The notes under the pieces: model-generated
The model's input: only the letters and a program-made list of their open reading frames with translations
Told to the model about the DNA's origin: nothing
Database searches by the model: none
Assembly: GCA_963833985.1 (NCBI GenBank)
Contig: CAWIAD010000002.1
Coordinates: 2,816,001-2,880,000, forward strand
Length of the DNA: 64,000 nucleotides
Origin: an uncultured Planctomycetaceae bacterium
GTDB taxonomy: Bacteria; Planctomycetota; Planctomycetia; Isosphaerales; Isosphaeraceae
Direction of reading: 5' to 3'
Position numbers and translations under genes: made by a program
Part shown: piece after piece, positions 49,145 through 59,624 of the stretch
Numbering within the stretch: the stretch's first letter is position 1
How the letters are laid out: each line of letters begins with the position of its first letter

Positions 49145-49368
49145 TGATCCGGGGCCGCTGTCCCATCTGCTCCAAGCGATTTGAAGCCGCCCGGCTGGAC
49201 GACGCGCCCTTCTTTCCCTTCTGCTCGGAACGCTGTCGCCTGGTGGACCTGGGCCGGTGGATCGACGGCAACTACACGATTCCCGCCACCTCATCGGCCT
49301 CGGCTGATTCCTCTGAGGACGATCGTGCCCCTGAACGGGTCGACGACAACGAGGCCGAGGATTTCTAA
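49141..49368 (+). CDS. yacG: DNA gyrase inhibitor YacG
   Basis: CPIC...PFCSERCRLVDLGRW..G.Y.I zinc-finger signature. Confidence 0.92.
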   Translation: MMIRGRCPICSKRFEAARLDDAPFFPFCSERCRLVDLGRWIDGNYTIPATSSASADSSEDDRAPERVDDNEAEDF

Positions 49369-49470
49369 ATAGGTCCTCGCCTCTTGGAATGTGGGCCAGC
49401 CGCCCTCGGCTGGCTCAGGACGGCCGAGGGCGGCCGTTCCACACTTTCCCTCTTACGGGGAGCTATTTAG
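49365..49470. repeat. 106-bp palindromic mini-element with REP-like doublet
   Basis: Ends CTAAATAGGTCC / GGAGCTATTTAG. Core TGTGG...GCCGCCCTCGGC / GCCGAGGGCGGC...CCACA. Confidence 0.65.
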
Positions 49471-49532
49471 GACCCATTGCCCGCAGCAGCTCAGCAGGCA
49501 CCGCTGGCTGCTGTCCAGGCTGCCGGTGTGCC

Positions 49533-50918
49533 TCAGATATTCACCGATTCGCCCAGACCCTGGCCTGCCGCTTCCATGATCGACTCGGAGAAGGTCGGGT
49601 GCGGGTGCATGATGTGGTGAATCTCGTCCTCGGTCGCCTCGAGCTTCTTGGCCATGACCAGTTCGCTGATCATCTCGGTGGCCATGGCGCCGATGAGGTG
49701 CGCGCCGAGTAGCTCGCCGTACTTCGCGTCGAAGATCAGCTTGACGAAGCCGTCGGTCTCGCCGGCGGCGAGAGCCCGGCCGCTGAACTGGAACGGGAAC
49801 TTGCCGATGCGGATCTCGTGCCCGGCCGCGCGCGCGGCCTTCTCGGTCATTCCCACGCTGGCCACGCCCGGCTCGGTGTAGGTGCAGCCGGGAATGGTCG
49901 AATAGTCGACGGTGCGGTCGGAGACCCCGCAGAGCCTCTCGACACAGCAGATCGCCTCGAAATGCGCCACGTGCGCCAGCCAGGGGGGGCCGATCACGTC
50001 ACCCACGGCGTAGATCCCCGGAACGCTGGTCACATAGCCGTTCCTGGGATCGACCTGGATGTGGTTCTTGACGATCTGGACCTTGACGGAGTCAGCAAAG
50101 AGCCCCTCGACGTTGCCGACCACTCCGATCGCCACCAGCATCACGTCAGCCTCGACCGTGGTCGTGCCCGAGGGCGTCTCGATCTCGGCCTTCACGCCCC
50201 GCGCCGTCTTTTCCACCCTGGTGGTCTTCGAGCTGGTGAGGATGGTCAAGCCCTTGGCACTGAGGCTCTTCTTGAGGGCCGCGGAGATTTCCTCGTCCTC
50301 ACCGGGGACGATGCGGTCCAGCATCTCGACGACCGTCACCTTGGTGCCGATGGCGTTGTAGAAGTAACCGAACTCCATGCCGATCGGCCCCGCGCCGATG
50401 ATCAGCATGGCCTTCGGCTGCTTCGTGAGCGACATTGCTTCCTTGGACGAGATGACGACCTTGCCGTCGAACTCGGCGCCGGGGAGCGGGCGCGGCCGGG
50501 CGCCGGTGGCGATGACAATGGATTCGGCCGTGAGCGTCTCGTCGCCGACCTGCACCTGGTGGGGGCCGGTCACTTTCGCGGTACCGAGTTTGGACGCCAC
50601 CTTGTACTTGCGGAACAGGCCCTCGATTCCCTTGTTGAGCTGGCCGGCCACGTTCCGGCTGCGGCCGATGATCTGGCCAAAATCCCAATCGCCCTGGCCG
50701 TTGTAGCCGAAACGCTTGCCGTGGTGGTTGATCAACTCCACGAGGTGGGCGTTGGACAGCAGCGCCTTGGTCGGGATGCAGCCCCAGTTCAAGCAGATCC
50801 CGCCCAGCTTATCTCGCTCCACGCAGATGACCCGCTTCTTGAGCTGTGCTGCACGAATTGCTCCGGCGTATCCGGCCGGACCGCCGCCGATCACCACGAA
50901 GTCGAAATCGTATGCCAT
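49533..50918 (-). CDS. lpdA: Dihydrolipoamide dehydrogenase (E3)
   Basis: GGGPAGY, GGICLNWGCIPTK, GAGPIGME, GDV and HPHPTFSE. Confidence 0.96.
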   Translation of the reverse strand: MAYDFDFVVIGGGPAGYAGAIRAAQLKKRVICVERDKLGGICLNWGCIPTKALLSNAHLVELINHHGKRFGYNGQGDWDFGQIIGRSRNVAGQLNKGIEGLFRKYKVASKLGTAKVTGPHQVQVGDETLTAESIVIATGARPRPLPGAEFDGKVVISSKEAMSLTKQPKAMLIIGAGPIGMEFGYFYNAIGTKVTVVEMLDRIVPGEDEEISAALKKSLSAKGLTILTSSKTTRVEKTARGVKAEIETPSGTTTVEADVMLVAIGVVGNVEGLFADSVKVQIVKNHIQVDPRNGYVTSVPGIYAVGDVIGPPWLAHVAHFEAICCVERLCGVSDRTVDYSTIPGCTYTEPGVASVGMTEKAARAAGHEIRIGKFPFQFSGRALAAGETDGFVKLIFDAKYGELLGAHLIGAMATEMISELVMAKKLEATEDEIHHIMHPHPTFSESIMEAAGQGLGESVNI

Positions 50919-51228
50919 GTTGTCCTTCTCTTGTGCCACCTGTCATCCAGAATCCGTCAGGCGAACTTTCTTGCCACTGTGGAGCCTGATCTGGCTTTGC
51001 GCCTCAGCCGACCGGAGAATGGGCTGTCGCTGTGTCACCGCGGGATGGTGGCATCGTACCAGGATGACGTGCCTGCTGGCAGCCCTTCCGGTCTGAAGAG
51101 GATTGCCGCGGCACCAGCGGCAGGGTCCGCGTGCTCGGTCATTGAGCGGTTTTTCGTCTCCTTCGAGCACGGGCTGCCGGCATGCAACGCGAGATTGCAC
51201 TTCGCCACCATCTTCAGGGAGTGACACC

Positions 51229-54200
51229 ATGGCGTGGTCAGCGGATCGATCCACCCCCTTGCGCCGCCGCAATCGTCCGGTACGCAGGCACAGATTCACT
51301 CCGTCCTCCGGAGGGCTGCTTCTGGAGCCGCGCGTGCTGCTATCGAATGTCGATGTCCTCCAGTATCGTAATGACCCCGGCAATACCGGGCAGAACCTGC
51401 TGGAGACGGCGCTCACGCCCAGTAACGTGAACCCGGCGGACTTCGGCAAGCTCTACCAGTACCCGGTCGATGGTTACATCTACGCCCAGCCCCTGTACGT
51501 GGCGAACCTGGCGGTGCCGGGGCAGGGGACGCACAACGTGGTGTTCGTGGCGACCGAGCACGACAGCGTCTACGCCTTTGATGCCAACGGCAACGTCGGT
51601 GTGAACGGGACCCCGCTCTGGCACGACAGCTTCATCAACCCGGCCGCCGGCATCACCACGCTCAGCCAGGGCGATGTGTTCGGCGTGGGCGACATCGTGC
51701 CGGAGGTCGGTATTACGGCGACTCCGGTGATCAACCCCTCCGCCGGGCCCAACGGGGCGCTCTACGTGGTCACCAAGACCAAGGACATGGAAAACGGCGT
51801 GGAGCACATCGTGCAGCAACTGCACGCGCTGGACGTGGCGACCGGGGCCGAGCTCTTCGGCGGTCCGGTCATGATCGCCGACACGACGGTCAACGCGGAT
51901 GGTAGCTACACCTACAACAGCGGCCCATCGGTTGCCGGCACCGGTGACGGTAGCGTCAACGGCGTGCTCAATTTCAACTCGCTGACGCAGAACGAGCGTG
52001 GGGCACTGGTGCTGAATAACGGCGTCATCTACCTGTCCTACAGCTCGCACGGTGATGTGCCACCCAACCACGGCTGGGTCCTCGGTTACAACGCCACCAC
52101 CTTGCAGCAGTCCGCGGTCCTTTGCACCACGCCCAACGGCACGGACGGCACGATCTGGGGTGGCGGCGAGGCCCTGGCCGTCGATCCCCAGGGAAACATG
52201 TATTTAGTGACGGGCAACGGAACATTTGACACGACGTTGAACTCGAGCGGCTTCCCGAGTAGTGGCGACTACGGCGACTCGGTCGTGAAGATCGCCGTCG
52301 ATCCGAGCAGCAACCCGAAGAATCCGAACATCAATGGCTGGGGCCTGAAGGTCCTCGATTACTTCACTCCCTCGGACCAGCAGAACCTGAACAACAACGA
52401 TACGGATTATGGCTCGGGTGGTCCGCTTTTGCTGCCGGCCACATCCACCGGCCCTCAGGTTCTGGTTACCGCCGGCAAGGAGGGCACAATCTACGTGCTG
52501 AACACCGGCACCGGGAAGATGGGCAAGTTCAATTCCAGTCAGAACTACGTTTACCAGGAAATCCAGGGCCAGATGGGTGGAATCTGGGGAGCGCCCGCGT
52601 ACTGGAACGGCTCGATTTATTATGGACCGGTGGGAGATTATGTGAAGGCCTTCCAGGTGCATGCCAACAACATGCTGAGCACCAGCCCCACGTCCACGTC
52701 GCCGGAAGGCTTTGGATATCCCGGACCGAACCCGGCCGTCTCGGCGAATGGCTCATCCAGTGGCATCGTCTGGGCAATCGACGCGACGGCTTACGGTGGG
52801 CCGGGGCCGGCCGTGCTCCACGCCTACGACGCGACCAATCTGCAAAACGAGCTTTATAGCTCGTCGACCTCCGGCAGTCGCGACCAGGCGGCCGGCGCGG
52901 TGAAGTTCGTCGTCCCCACGATCACGAACGGGCAGGTGTTTGTCGGGGGCGAATATGCGCTGAGCATTTATGGAGAGATCGGCAACGTCGTTCTCCCCGC
53001 GGCGCCATCGCAGCTCGTGGCCACCGCCCTTTCCAGCAGCCAGATCACACTCACCTGGAAGAACCACTCGGCCAACGAGACCGGGTTCACCATCGAGCGC
53101 TCCAGCGACGGCGTGAACTACAGTCCCGTCGCCACCATCAGCGCCTACTTGACGAGTTACACCGACACCGGGCTCTCTCCGTTGACCACCTACCACTACA
53201 AGGTGGTCGCCAGCAATGCCGCGGGCAGTTCTCTGCCCTCGAACGCCGCACAGGCCAGGACCAAGGCGTCGACGCTGCCAGCCGGCTGGACCCAGGCAGA
53301 CATCGGCGGTCCCTCGTATGCGGGCTCGGCCTCATACGCCAGGGGCGTGTATACGGTCACTGCCTCCGGCAACGACATCTGGAACTCCGCCGACCAGTTC
53401 CACTTCACTTACACCACGATGACGGGCGACGGCACGATCGTCGCCGAGATTGCCAGCGAGGGCAACACCGACCCCTGGGCCAAGGCAGGCGTGATGATCC
53501 GCCAGAGCCTCGACGCCGACTCGCCGTTCGTGGACGCCTTCGTCACGCCCGGAAACGGTGTGGACATGCAGTGGCGCCCTGCTCAGGGAGCCGGGGCGAC
53601 CTGGGGCGGTAACATCGGGGTGAACGCCTCGGCGCCCTACTGGGTGAAACTCGTTCGTGCCGGCACCTCGATCACCGGCTACGCCTCGGCGGATGGCCAT
53701 AACTGGACCAATCTCGGCTCGATCGTGGTGCCGATGTCGACCCAGGTCTACGTCGGGCTGTCACTCACGGCCCACAACGATGCGGCGGTCAACACCTCGA
53801 CATTCAGCAATGTCCAGGTCACGACCGCGCGTTCCAGGGGATACGTTGCGATCGAGGCCGGGGGTGGTCCGACGGGAACCTACCAGGCGGACACGAACGT
53901 GAGCGGCGGGTACACGGCTCAGACAGGAGCCTCCATCGACATGAGCAATGTGACAGACCCCGCTCCGATGGCAGTCTATCAAAGCGAGCGTTACGGGACG
54001 TTCACGTACACCATGCCCAACCTCAACCGCGGCCAGCTCTACACGGTCCGGCTCCATTTCTCCGAGAACTTTGACACCTACGCGGGGCAGCGGGTCTTCG
54101 ATGTTTCCATCAATGGCACGCAGGTGCTCTCCAGTTTCGACATCCTGGCCGCCACGGGGGCCATGGACACGGCGATCGTCGAGCAGTTCTCGGCCCAGCC

Positions 54201-54834
54201 GAACGCCAGCGGGCAGATGATCATCGCGTTCAATCCGACTCCGGGCAGTCCGGACCAGAATGCCAAGGTGGACGGCATCGAGCTCGTCCCCGTCCACTTC
54301 AACGGGCAGATCGTCGCGCAGGCGGTGAGCGTCGCACCGGTGCAGGGGCAGGCATTCACCGGCACGGTCGCGACATTTGTCGATAGCGACCCGGGCGGAC
54401 TGGCTGGCGACTACATCGCGACGATCAAGTGGGGCGACGGATCGACCTCCATCGGCACGATCCAGCCCGATCCCAGCGGCACGGGCTTCGACGTGGTGGG
54501 CAGCCATACCTATTCCAGGCACGGCCGTGTCACCCTGAATATCACGATCCAGAGCGCCAACGGCGCCGGGGTGAAGCTTACGAATCCGGTCACGGTCGCG
54601 TTGCCGGCAGCCAGCCCCGTCCCGGCGTCCCTCACGGGTGCCGGGGGAGTCACGCCGCCCGCACCGTTCGCTCTGTCCACGCTCGGCGGCGTGAGCCGCA
54701 AGCAGGCGTCTGTCCCCGGCTCCTCGGTTGCGAGCGCGATGCTCGCCGCGCTGGTGAGGACGCGGCGCCCTGGCCTGGCTTCCTGGTCAACGGCAGTGCG
54801 TTCCGTTTCCATGGTCCGCAAGAACCAGGGTTAA
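51229..54834 (+). CDS. Large secreted multidomain protein: planctomycete leader, PQQ-like beta-propeller, FN3, ConA-like lectin, malectin, Ig-like
   Basis: LLLEPRVLLS leader; VDGYIYAQPL and VATEHDSVYAFDA (propeller); LTW...ETGFTIERS...YTDTGL (FN3); ADQFHF and WAKAGVMIR; VRLHFSE and GQRVFDVSING (malectin); TIKWGDG...GSHTY. Confidence 0.8.
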   Translation: MAWSADRSTPLRRRNRPVRRHRFTPSSGGLLLEPRVLLSNVDVLQYRNDPGNTGQNLLETALTPSNVNPADFGKLYQYPVDGYIYAQPLYVANLAVPGQGTHNVVFVATEHDSVYAFDANGNVGVNGTPLWHDSFINPAAGITTLSQGDVFGVGDIVPEVGITATPVINPSAGPNGALYVVTKTKDMENGVEHIVQQLHALDVATGAELFGGPVMIADTTVNADGSYTYNSGPSVAGTGDGSVNGVLNFNSLTQNERGALVLNNGVIYLSYSSHGDVPPNHGWVLGYNATTLQQSAVLCTTPNGTDGTIWGGGEALAVDPQGNMYLVTGNGTFDTTLNSSGFPSSGDYGDSVVKIAVDPSSNPKNPNINGWGLKVLDYFTPSDQQNLNNNDTDYGSGGPLLLPATSTGPQVLVTAGKEGTIYVLNTGTGKMGKFNSSQNYVYQEIQGQMGGIWGAPAYWNGSIYYGPVGDYVKAFQVHANNMLSTSPTSTSPEGFGYPGPNPAVSANGSSSGIVWAIDATAYGGPGPAVLHAYDATNLQNELYSSSTSGSRDQAAGAVKFVVPTITNGQVFVGGEYALSIYGEIGNVVLPAAPSQLVATALSSSQITLTWKNHSANETGFTIERSSDGVNYSPVATISAYLTSYTDTGLSPLTTYHYKVVASNAAGSSLPSNAAQARTKASTLPAGWTQADIGGPSYAGSASYARGVYTVTASGNDIWNSADQFHFTYTTMTGDGTIVAEIASEGNTDPWAKAGVMIRQSLDADSPFVDAFVTPGNGVDMQWRPAQGAGATWGGNIGVNASAPYWVKLVRAGTSITGYASADGHNWTNLGSIVVPMSTQVYVGLSLTAHNDAAVNTSTFSNVQVTTARSRGYVAIEAGGGPTGTYQADTNVSGGYTAQTGASIDMSNVTDPAPMAVYQSERYGTFTYTMPNLNRGQLYTVRLHFSENFDTYAGQRVFDVSINGTQVLSSFDILAATGAMDTAIVEQFSAQPNASGQMIIAFNPTPGSPDQNAKVDGIELVPVHFNGQIVAQAVSVAPVQGQAFTGTVATFVDSDPGGLAGDYIATIKWGDGSTSIGTIQPDPSGTGFDVVGSHTYSRHGRVTLNITIQSANGAGVKLTNPVTVALPAASPVPASLTGAGGVTPPAPFALSTLGGVSRKQASVPGSSVASAMLAALVRTRRPGLASWSTAVRSVSMVRKNQG

Positions 54835-54978
54835 CTCGGTTTTCTGACGCGTTGCGGGCAGTTACTGAGTTTCGGAGAGGGGGGCAGACATTCCTGTCTG
54901 CCAGGACAGGCATACTCCGGCAGGCAGGAATGCCTGCCCCCCGGTCTCAGTCTGCGATCCGAGTGAAAACCGCTCTAA
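54831..54978. repeat. ~148-bp palindromic mini-element with REP-like doublet
   Basis: Ends TTAACTCGGTTTTC / GAAAACCGCTCTAA. Core GGGGGGCAGACATTCCTGTCTGCC ... GGCAGGCAGGAATGCCTGCCCCCC at 54879-54942. Confidence 0.7.
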
Positions 54979-55005
54979 GACACGGAAGTGCGCGACTCGC
55001 GCGGC

Positions 55006-56404
55006 TCAGAGCAGCATCATCGCCGGCTCCTCCAGCAGCCGTTTGACGGTGCGGACGAACTCCGCGGCCATCGCGCCATCGACGGCGCGATGGTCGGCGG
55101 TGAGAGTCACCGTGAGCAGGGTGCCGGGAACCAGCGCATCGCCCTCGACCACGGGACGCCGCTCAGCCGCCGAGACGGCCAGGATGCCCACCTCGGGCAT
55201 GTTCAGGATGGCGTCGAACTGGCGGACGCCGTACATGCCCAGGTTGCTGATCGTGAAGCTACCGCCGGTGAGCTGCTCGGTCGTGAGCTGGCTGGAACGC
55301 GCCGCGGCCGCCAGTGCTGCGCCCTGGCGCCGGATCTCCGCCAGGCCGAGCATGTCGGCGTTCCGCAGCACGGGCACGATCAGGCCCTCCTCGAGTGCGA
55401 CGGCGATGCCGATGTTGATCTCGCCGTGACGGACAATCGCGTCGGGCTCGAAGCTGGCGTTCAGCCCGGGATGCTTGCGCAGGGCCATGGCCACGGCCTT
55501 GGTCACGAAGTCGCCGAGTGAGAGCTTGAGGTTCTCGGTGGCAAGCTGTCGGTTCAGCTCCTCGCGAACGGCCATCAGCTTGTCGACGCGGATCTCCACG
55601 GTGACGTGGATCTCCGGGGCCGTCTGCTTGGCCTGAAGCATGCGCTGAGCGATGGTCTTGCGCATCCGGGTGTGCGGAATCCGCTGATCGGCGGGCGCGG
55701 CCGCGGCGAACGCCGGCTGGCTGCGCGCGGGGGGTACGGCGGCCGCGGGACGCGCGGCCGGAGGCTGCGTGGTCGCGGGCTGGTGCGAGGGCTCGGATCT
55801 GGTCTCGAGGGCGGGGGCCTGCGCGGGCGGCCGGAGCCGTGCCGGCGAGCAACGCCTCGATGTCTCTGCGGATGATCCGGCCGCCTGGTCCGGTCCCCTG
55901 GATACCGGCCAGATCAACCTGGGACGACTCGGCCATCTTCCGCGCCAGCGGGCTGGCCTTGAGCCGGCCGCCGTGGGACACCGGCGAGGACTCGGCCGAT
56001 TCCTGCTGGCCATTCCCGGTTGTCGTGGCCCCGCCGGAGCCCGCGGCCGAGAGGGCCGGCCTGGTCACCGTCTCGGACGGTTTCTGGGCCGGTGCGCTGG
56101 CTGGCGCGGCCGCGGCCTGGGCGCCGCCGAGACCCAGCCCCTGCGCCACCTTGCTGGCATCCTCGCCCTTCTTGGCCAGCACCATCACGCGCTGGCCGAG
56201 TGCGACCTCGTCGCCGGCGGGATGATCGATGTGCACGATCACCCCGTCGTCGTACGACTTCATCTGCATCGTGGCCTTGTCGGTCTCGATGTCGGCCAGG
56301 ATGTCGCCTTCCTTGATGGAGTCGCCCACCTTCACCAGCCACTGCGCGATCACGCCGGATTCCATGGTGGGGCTGAGCTTGGGCATCGTCACTTCAATCG
56401 GCAC
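55006..56404 (-). CDS. pdhC: Pyruvate dehydrogenase E2 dihydrolipoamide acetyltransferase; apparent frameshift at ~55826
   Basis: Lipoyl domain (MPKLSPTM...ETDKA) and E3-binding domain (ASPLARK...GTGPGGRI). Catalytic domain in another frame (ISNLGMYG, DHRAVDG). Confidence 0.93.
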
Positions 56405-56436
56405 GTTCAGTCTCCAGCGAAAAGCACCAGGCTCGA

Positions 56437-57417
56437 TTACCGGTAGAGCACGTCATGGACCGCGGCGACCACCCGGGGTACCGACGGCAGCATGGACTCT
56501 TCGAGCCCGCGGTTATACGGGACCGGGGCGTCCTTCGACGCCACCCGGCGGATGGGGGCATCCAGCTCGTCGAAGACGCGCTGGGTGATCCGGTCGGCGA
56601 TGCCGGCGCCCAGTCCGCAGTAGGGCCAGTCCTCCTCGACGATCACCGCGCGATGCGTCTTGACGACCGATTGCAGCAGCGTGTCGAGATCGAGAGGGCG
56701 GATCGTCCGCAGGTCGATCACCTCGGCCGAGATGTCTTCCTTCTCGAGCTGGGCCGCGGCCGCGAGGGTGGTCTTGAGCGACCGCGAGTAGCTGATGAGC
56801 GTCACGTCGCTGCCGGCTCGTTTGATATCGGCCTTGCCGATGGGCACGATGTGCTCGCCCTCCGGAACCTCGCCGCGGTCGTGGTAGAGCACCTCGTGCT
56901 CCATGAAGATCACCGGGTCGTCCGAGCGGATCGCGCTTTTCAGCATGCCCTTGGCGTCGGCCGGCGTGGCGGGCATCATCACCGTCAGGCCGGGCACGTG
57001 GGCGTACCAGGCCTCCAGCCGGTGCGAGTGCGTGGCGGCCAGGCAGCCGGCCATGCCGGAGCTGCCCCGGAACACGATCGGCACGGCGAACTGGCCTCCG
57101 CTCATGTACCGCATGTTGGCCGCGTTATTGACGATCTGGTCGATGGCGACGATGCTGAAGCTGAACGTCATGAACTCGATGACCGGCCGCAGCCCCACCA
57201 TCGCCGCGCCGATGCCGATCCCGGCGAAACCCTCCTCGGAGATCGGCGTGTCGATCACCCTGCGGGCTCCGAACCGCTTGAGCATTCCCTGGCTCACCTT
57301 GTAGGCGCCGTCGTACTGCGCCACTTCCTCGCCCATGAGAAAAACGCGATCGTCCCGGTCCATCTCCTCGGTCATCGCCTGGTTCAGGGCTTCCCGGTAA
57401 GAAAGCAGAGCCATCAT
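56437..57417 (-). CDS. pdhB: Pyruvate dehydrogenase E1 beta subunit
   Basis: GEEVAQYDGAYKVS, DTPISE, EFMTFSF, HS and IDLRTIRPLD. Confidence 0.96.
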   Translation of the reverse strand: MMALLSYREALNQAMTEEMDRDDRVFLMGEEVAQYDGAYKVSQGMLKRFGARRVIDTPISEEGFAGIGIGAAMVGLRPVIEFMTFSFSIVAIDQIVNNAANMRYMSGGQFAVPIVFRGSSGMAGCLAATHSHRLEAWYAHVPGLTVMMPATPADAKGMLKSAIRSDDPVIFMEHEVLYHDRGEVPEGEHIVPIGKADIKRAGSDVTLISYSRSLKTTLAAAAQLEKEDISAEVIDLRTIRPLDLDTLLQSVVKTHRAVIVEEDWPYCGLGAGIADRITQRVFDELDAPIRRVASKDAPVPYNRGLEESMLPSVPRVVAAVHDVLYR

Positions 57418-58430
57418 CACTCCTGCGGAAGAAAAGGGGCCACGGTGATATCCTCGTAAAGCTGGTCGAGCGCCGGCGGTTCGCTTTGCTCGGCGAACTC
57501 GATGGCTTCCTCGACCTCGTGCTTGATCTCCTCGCGGAGCTTTTCGAAGGCCGCCTCGTCGATCCAGCCGCGCTCCTTGAGGATGTTCTCGTAAACGACG
57601 ATCGGGTCGTTTTTCATGGCGCTGTCCAGCTCGTCGCGGAGCCGGTACTTGCCCGGATCACTGATGGAGTGTCCCTTGTAGCGGTAGGTGCGGGCCTCGA
57701 TGAACGTGGGCCCCTCGCCGGCACGCGCCCGGTTGGCGGCCTCGCGCGTGGTCTTCGCCATGAGCTCGATGTCGTTGCCGTTGATGGTGATTCCCGGGAT
57801 GCCGTACGCGGTGGCGCCGCGGAGCCGTAAATCGAGCACGGCCGTGGACCGCTCCAGCGAGGTGCCCATCGCGTACAGGTTATTCTCCACGATGTAGATC
57901 ACCGGAAGCTTCCAGAGCGCGGCCATGTTGAAGGCCTCGTGCACCGAGCCCTGGTTGATGGCCCCGTCGCCGAAGTAACAGACGCAGACGCGATCCTCGC
58001 CCCGGTACTGTAGCGCGAAGGCCACGCCGGTGGCCAGCGGGATATGGCTGCCCACGATCGCGTGTCCGCCGAGAAACCCCTTCTCGACGTCGAAGAAGTG
58101 CATCGAACCGCCCTTGCCGCGCGAGCAGCCCGTGGCCTTGCCGAGGAGCTCGGCCATCCCTGACCGCGCGCTCATTCCACGGGCCAGCGCGTGGCCGTGG
58201 TCGCGATAGGCGGTGATCACGTAGTCGTTTTCTCGCAGAACGCCGATCGAGCCCACAGCCACCGGCTCCTGGCCGCTGTACTGGTGGAAGAAGCCGCCAA
58301 TCTTGTTGCCTTTCTGGTAGAGCATCTCGGCCCGTTCCTCGAACCGGCGGATCAGCATCATCTGGCGAAGCCAGACCAGGGCCTGAGTCCGGTTCACGAT
58401 CGGCTTGGCTTCGGTTTGCGTCTGGGCCAT
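57417..58430 (-). CDS. pdhA: Pyruvate dehydrogenase E1 alpha subunit
   Basis: GFFHQYSGQE, YRDHG, GKGGSMH, TPP motif GDGA...NN and YRYKGHSISDP. Confidence 0.96.
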   Translation of the reverse strand: MAQTQTEAKPIVNRTQALVWLRQMMLIRRFEERAEMLYQKGNKIGGFFHQYSGQEPVAVGSIGVLRENDYVITAYRDHGHALARGMSARSGMAELLGKATGCSRGKGGSMHFFDVEKGFLGGHAIVGSHIPLATGVAFALQYRGEDRVCVCYFGDGAINQGSVHEAFNMAALWKLPVIYIVENNLYAMGTSLERSTAVLDLRLRGATAYGIPGITINGNDIELMAKTTREAANRARAGEGPTFIEARTYRYKGHSISDPGKYRLRDELDSAMKNDPIVVYENILKERGWIDEAAFEKLREEIKHEVEEAIEFAEQSEPPALDQLYEDITVAPFLPQE

Positions 58431-58779
58431 ATCTCCTCAGCTCCTGGGTCCATGCGGGGATCTTGCGGCCGGTGGAGTCGCAGATCCACCTCTTGAAAAA
58501 GTCAATTGCCGGGGGCCGGTCAAGGAAGGACGGGGTCGATACCCGACGCAACAGGCTGGTCATCAAGCAGGGCTGGCTCACAAAGCGGGGCGAGGAGGCA
58601 GGCTGCCGGCGGACCCTTCCGTACCCCGGTACGCGATCGATGATTTCAACTGATACCCCGTTATTTTACACGGGAGGCCAGCCACCTCGCCAGGAAGGTT
58701 TTCCAAGGAATTGGCGGCCGTCAATCCGGCCGGGACCATCCACGATAACCGGTTGCCCCGCGCTGCTCGGCCACCGGAC

Positions 58780-59307
58780 TCAGATCCCCGCAATCCGCCA
58801 GACGAGCCAGGCCATCAAGCCGAAAGCGAGTACGTAAACCCATAGAAGAATCTGGGTTCTGGTGGAAATGCCGGCCGGAGTCGGCGCTCCCCGAAGATAC
58901 CGCTCCTCGACCGCATCGCATGCGTGCGTGTTGGCGTGGACTAGCCAGGCCGATGCCCCGCAGTCACGGCAATAGAACTGGGCGAGCAGGGGCGAGAGCA
59001 GCAGCACGCCGAGCGAAGCGCAGAACAGGAGCACGTTGCGTGTCCGCAACGAGTGCTGGATGAGTGCGACGGCGGAGAGGGCGCAGAGCACGGGCCAGAG
59101 CGGGTTGACCAGCAGCCGCTGGTGTGCGGGCACCTGCTCGGCGGGCAAGCCGACCGGACGCCCGCCGGCGACGCCGGCGGTGGCATCCAGAGACGCGTCG
59201 TAAAGGGATGAGCTGGAATCGTTGTTCACGTCGAGGCACGCTTCGGCGAACTTGCCGGTCCGGGCTCCGCTGCCGCAGGACCAGGCGAGCTGGGCTCCAC
59301 TTTCCAT
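58780..59307 (-). CDS. Hypothetical membrane protein with CxxC...HxC motif
   Basis: Three hydrophobic segments and FYCRDCG...HAC. True start may be GTG at 59229. Confidence 0.55.
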   Translation of the reverse strand: MESGAQLAWSCGSGARTGKFAEACLDVNNDSSSSLYDASLDATAGVAGGRPVGLPAEQVPAHQRLLVNPLWPVLCALSAVALIQHSLRTRNVLLFCASLGVLLLSPLLAQFYCRDCGASAWLVHANTHACDAVEERYLRGAPTPAGISTRTQILLWVYVLAFGLMAWLVWRIAGI

Positions 59308-59624
59308 TTTACAGATTGCCGGCCGCCGGCAATGAAGAATCCCGGCGGCGCGGCGGATCGCGCCGGTGACAGCGCCAGCGACCCTTCACCAGTGCTTCAC
59401 TCAAGTCCGGGGGTGCGCGAGCCTCCGGCCTGGAGAGGCCGCGCGCGAGGCCGATCGGGCACTTGAGTGTGGACCTGGCGGAGCGCTTCATGAGAAAGTG
59501 AAACGCTCCGAGAGCGATTGCGAGCCGAACCGTGGCGGGGAGGCCTGGGGTGGGATGGCCCGTGCAGCCGGATCGCCGCTCGCCCGGGCCGACCTGCCCG
59601 AACCGACCGAGGCCGGAGACACGT

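Noticed and set aside
48406..49368. 320-aa ORF fusing a zinc ribbon to YacG
   Set aside because: Artefact of the +1 indel at ~48911. FmdB and yacG are separate genes with an ATGA overlap.
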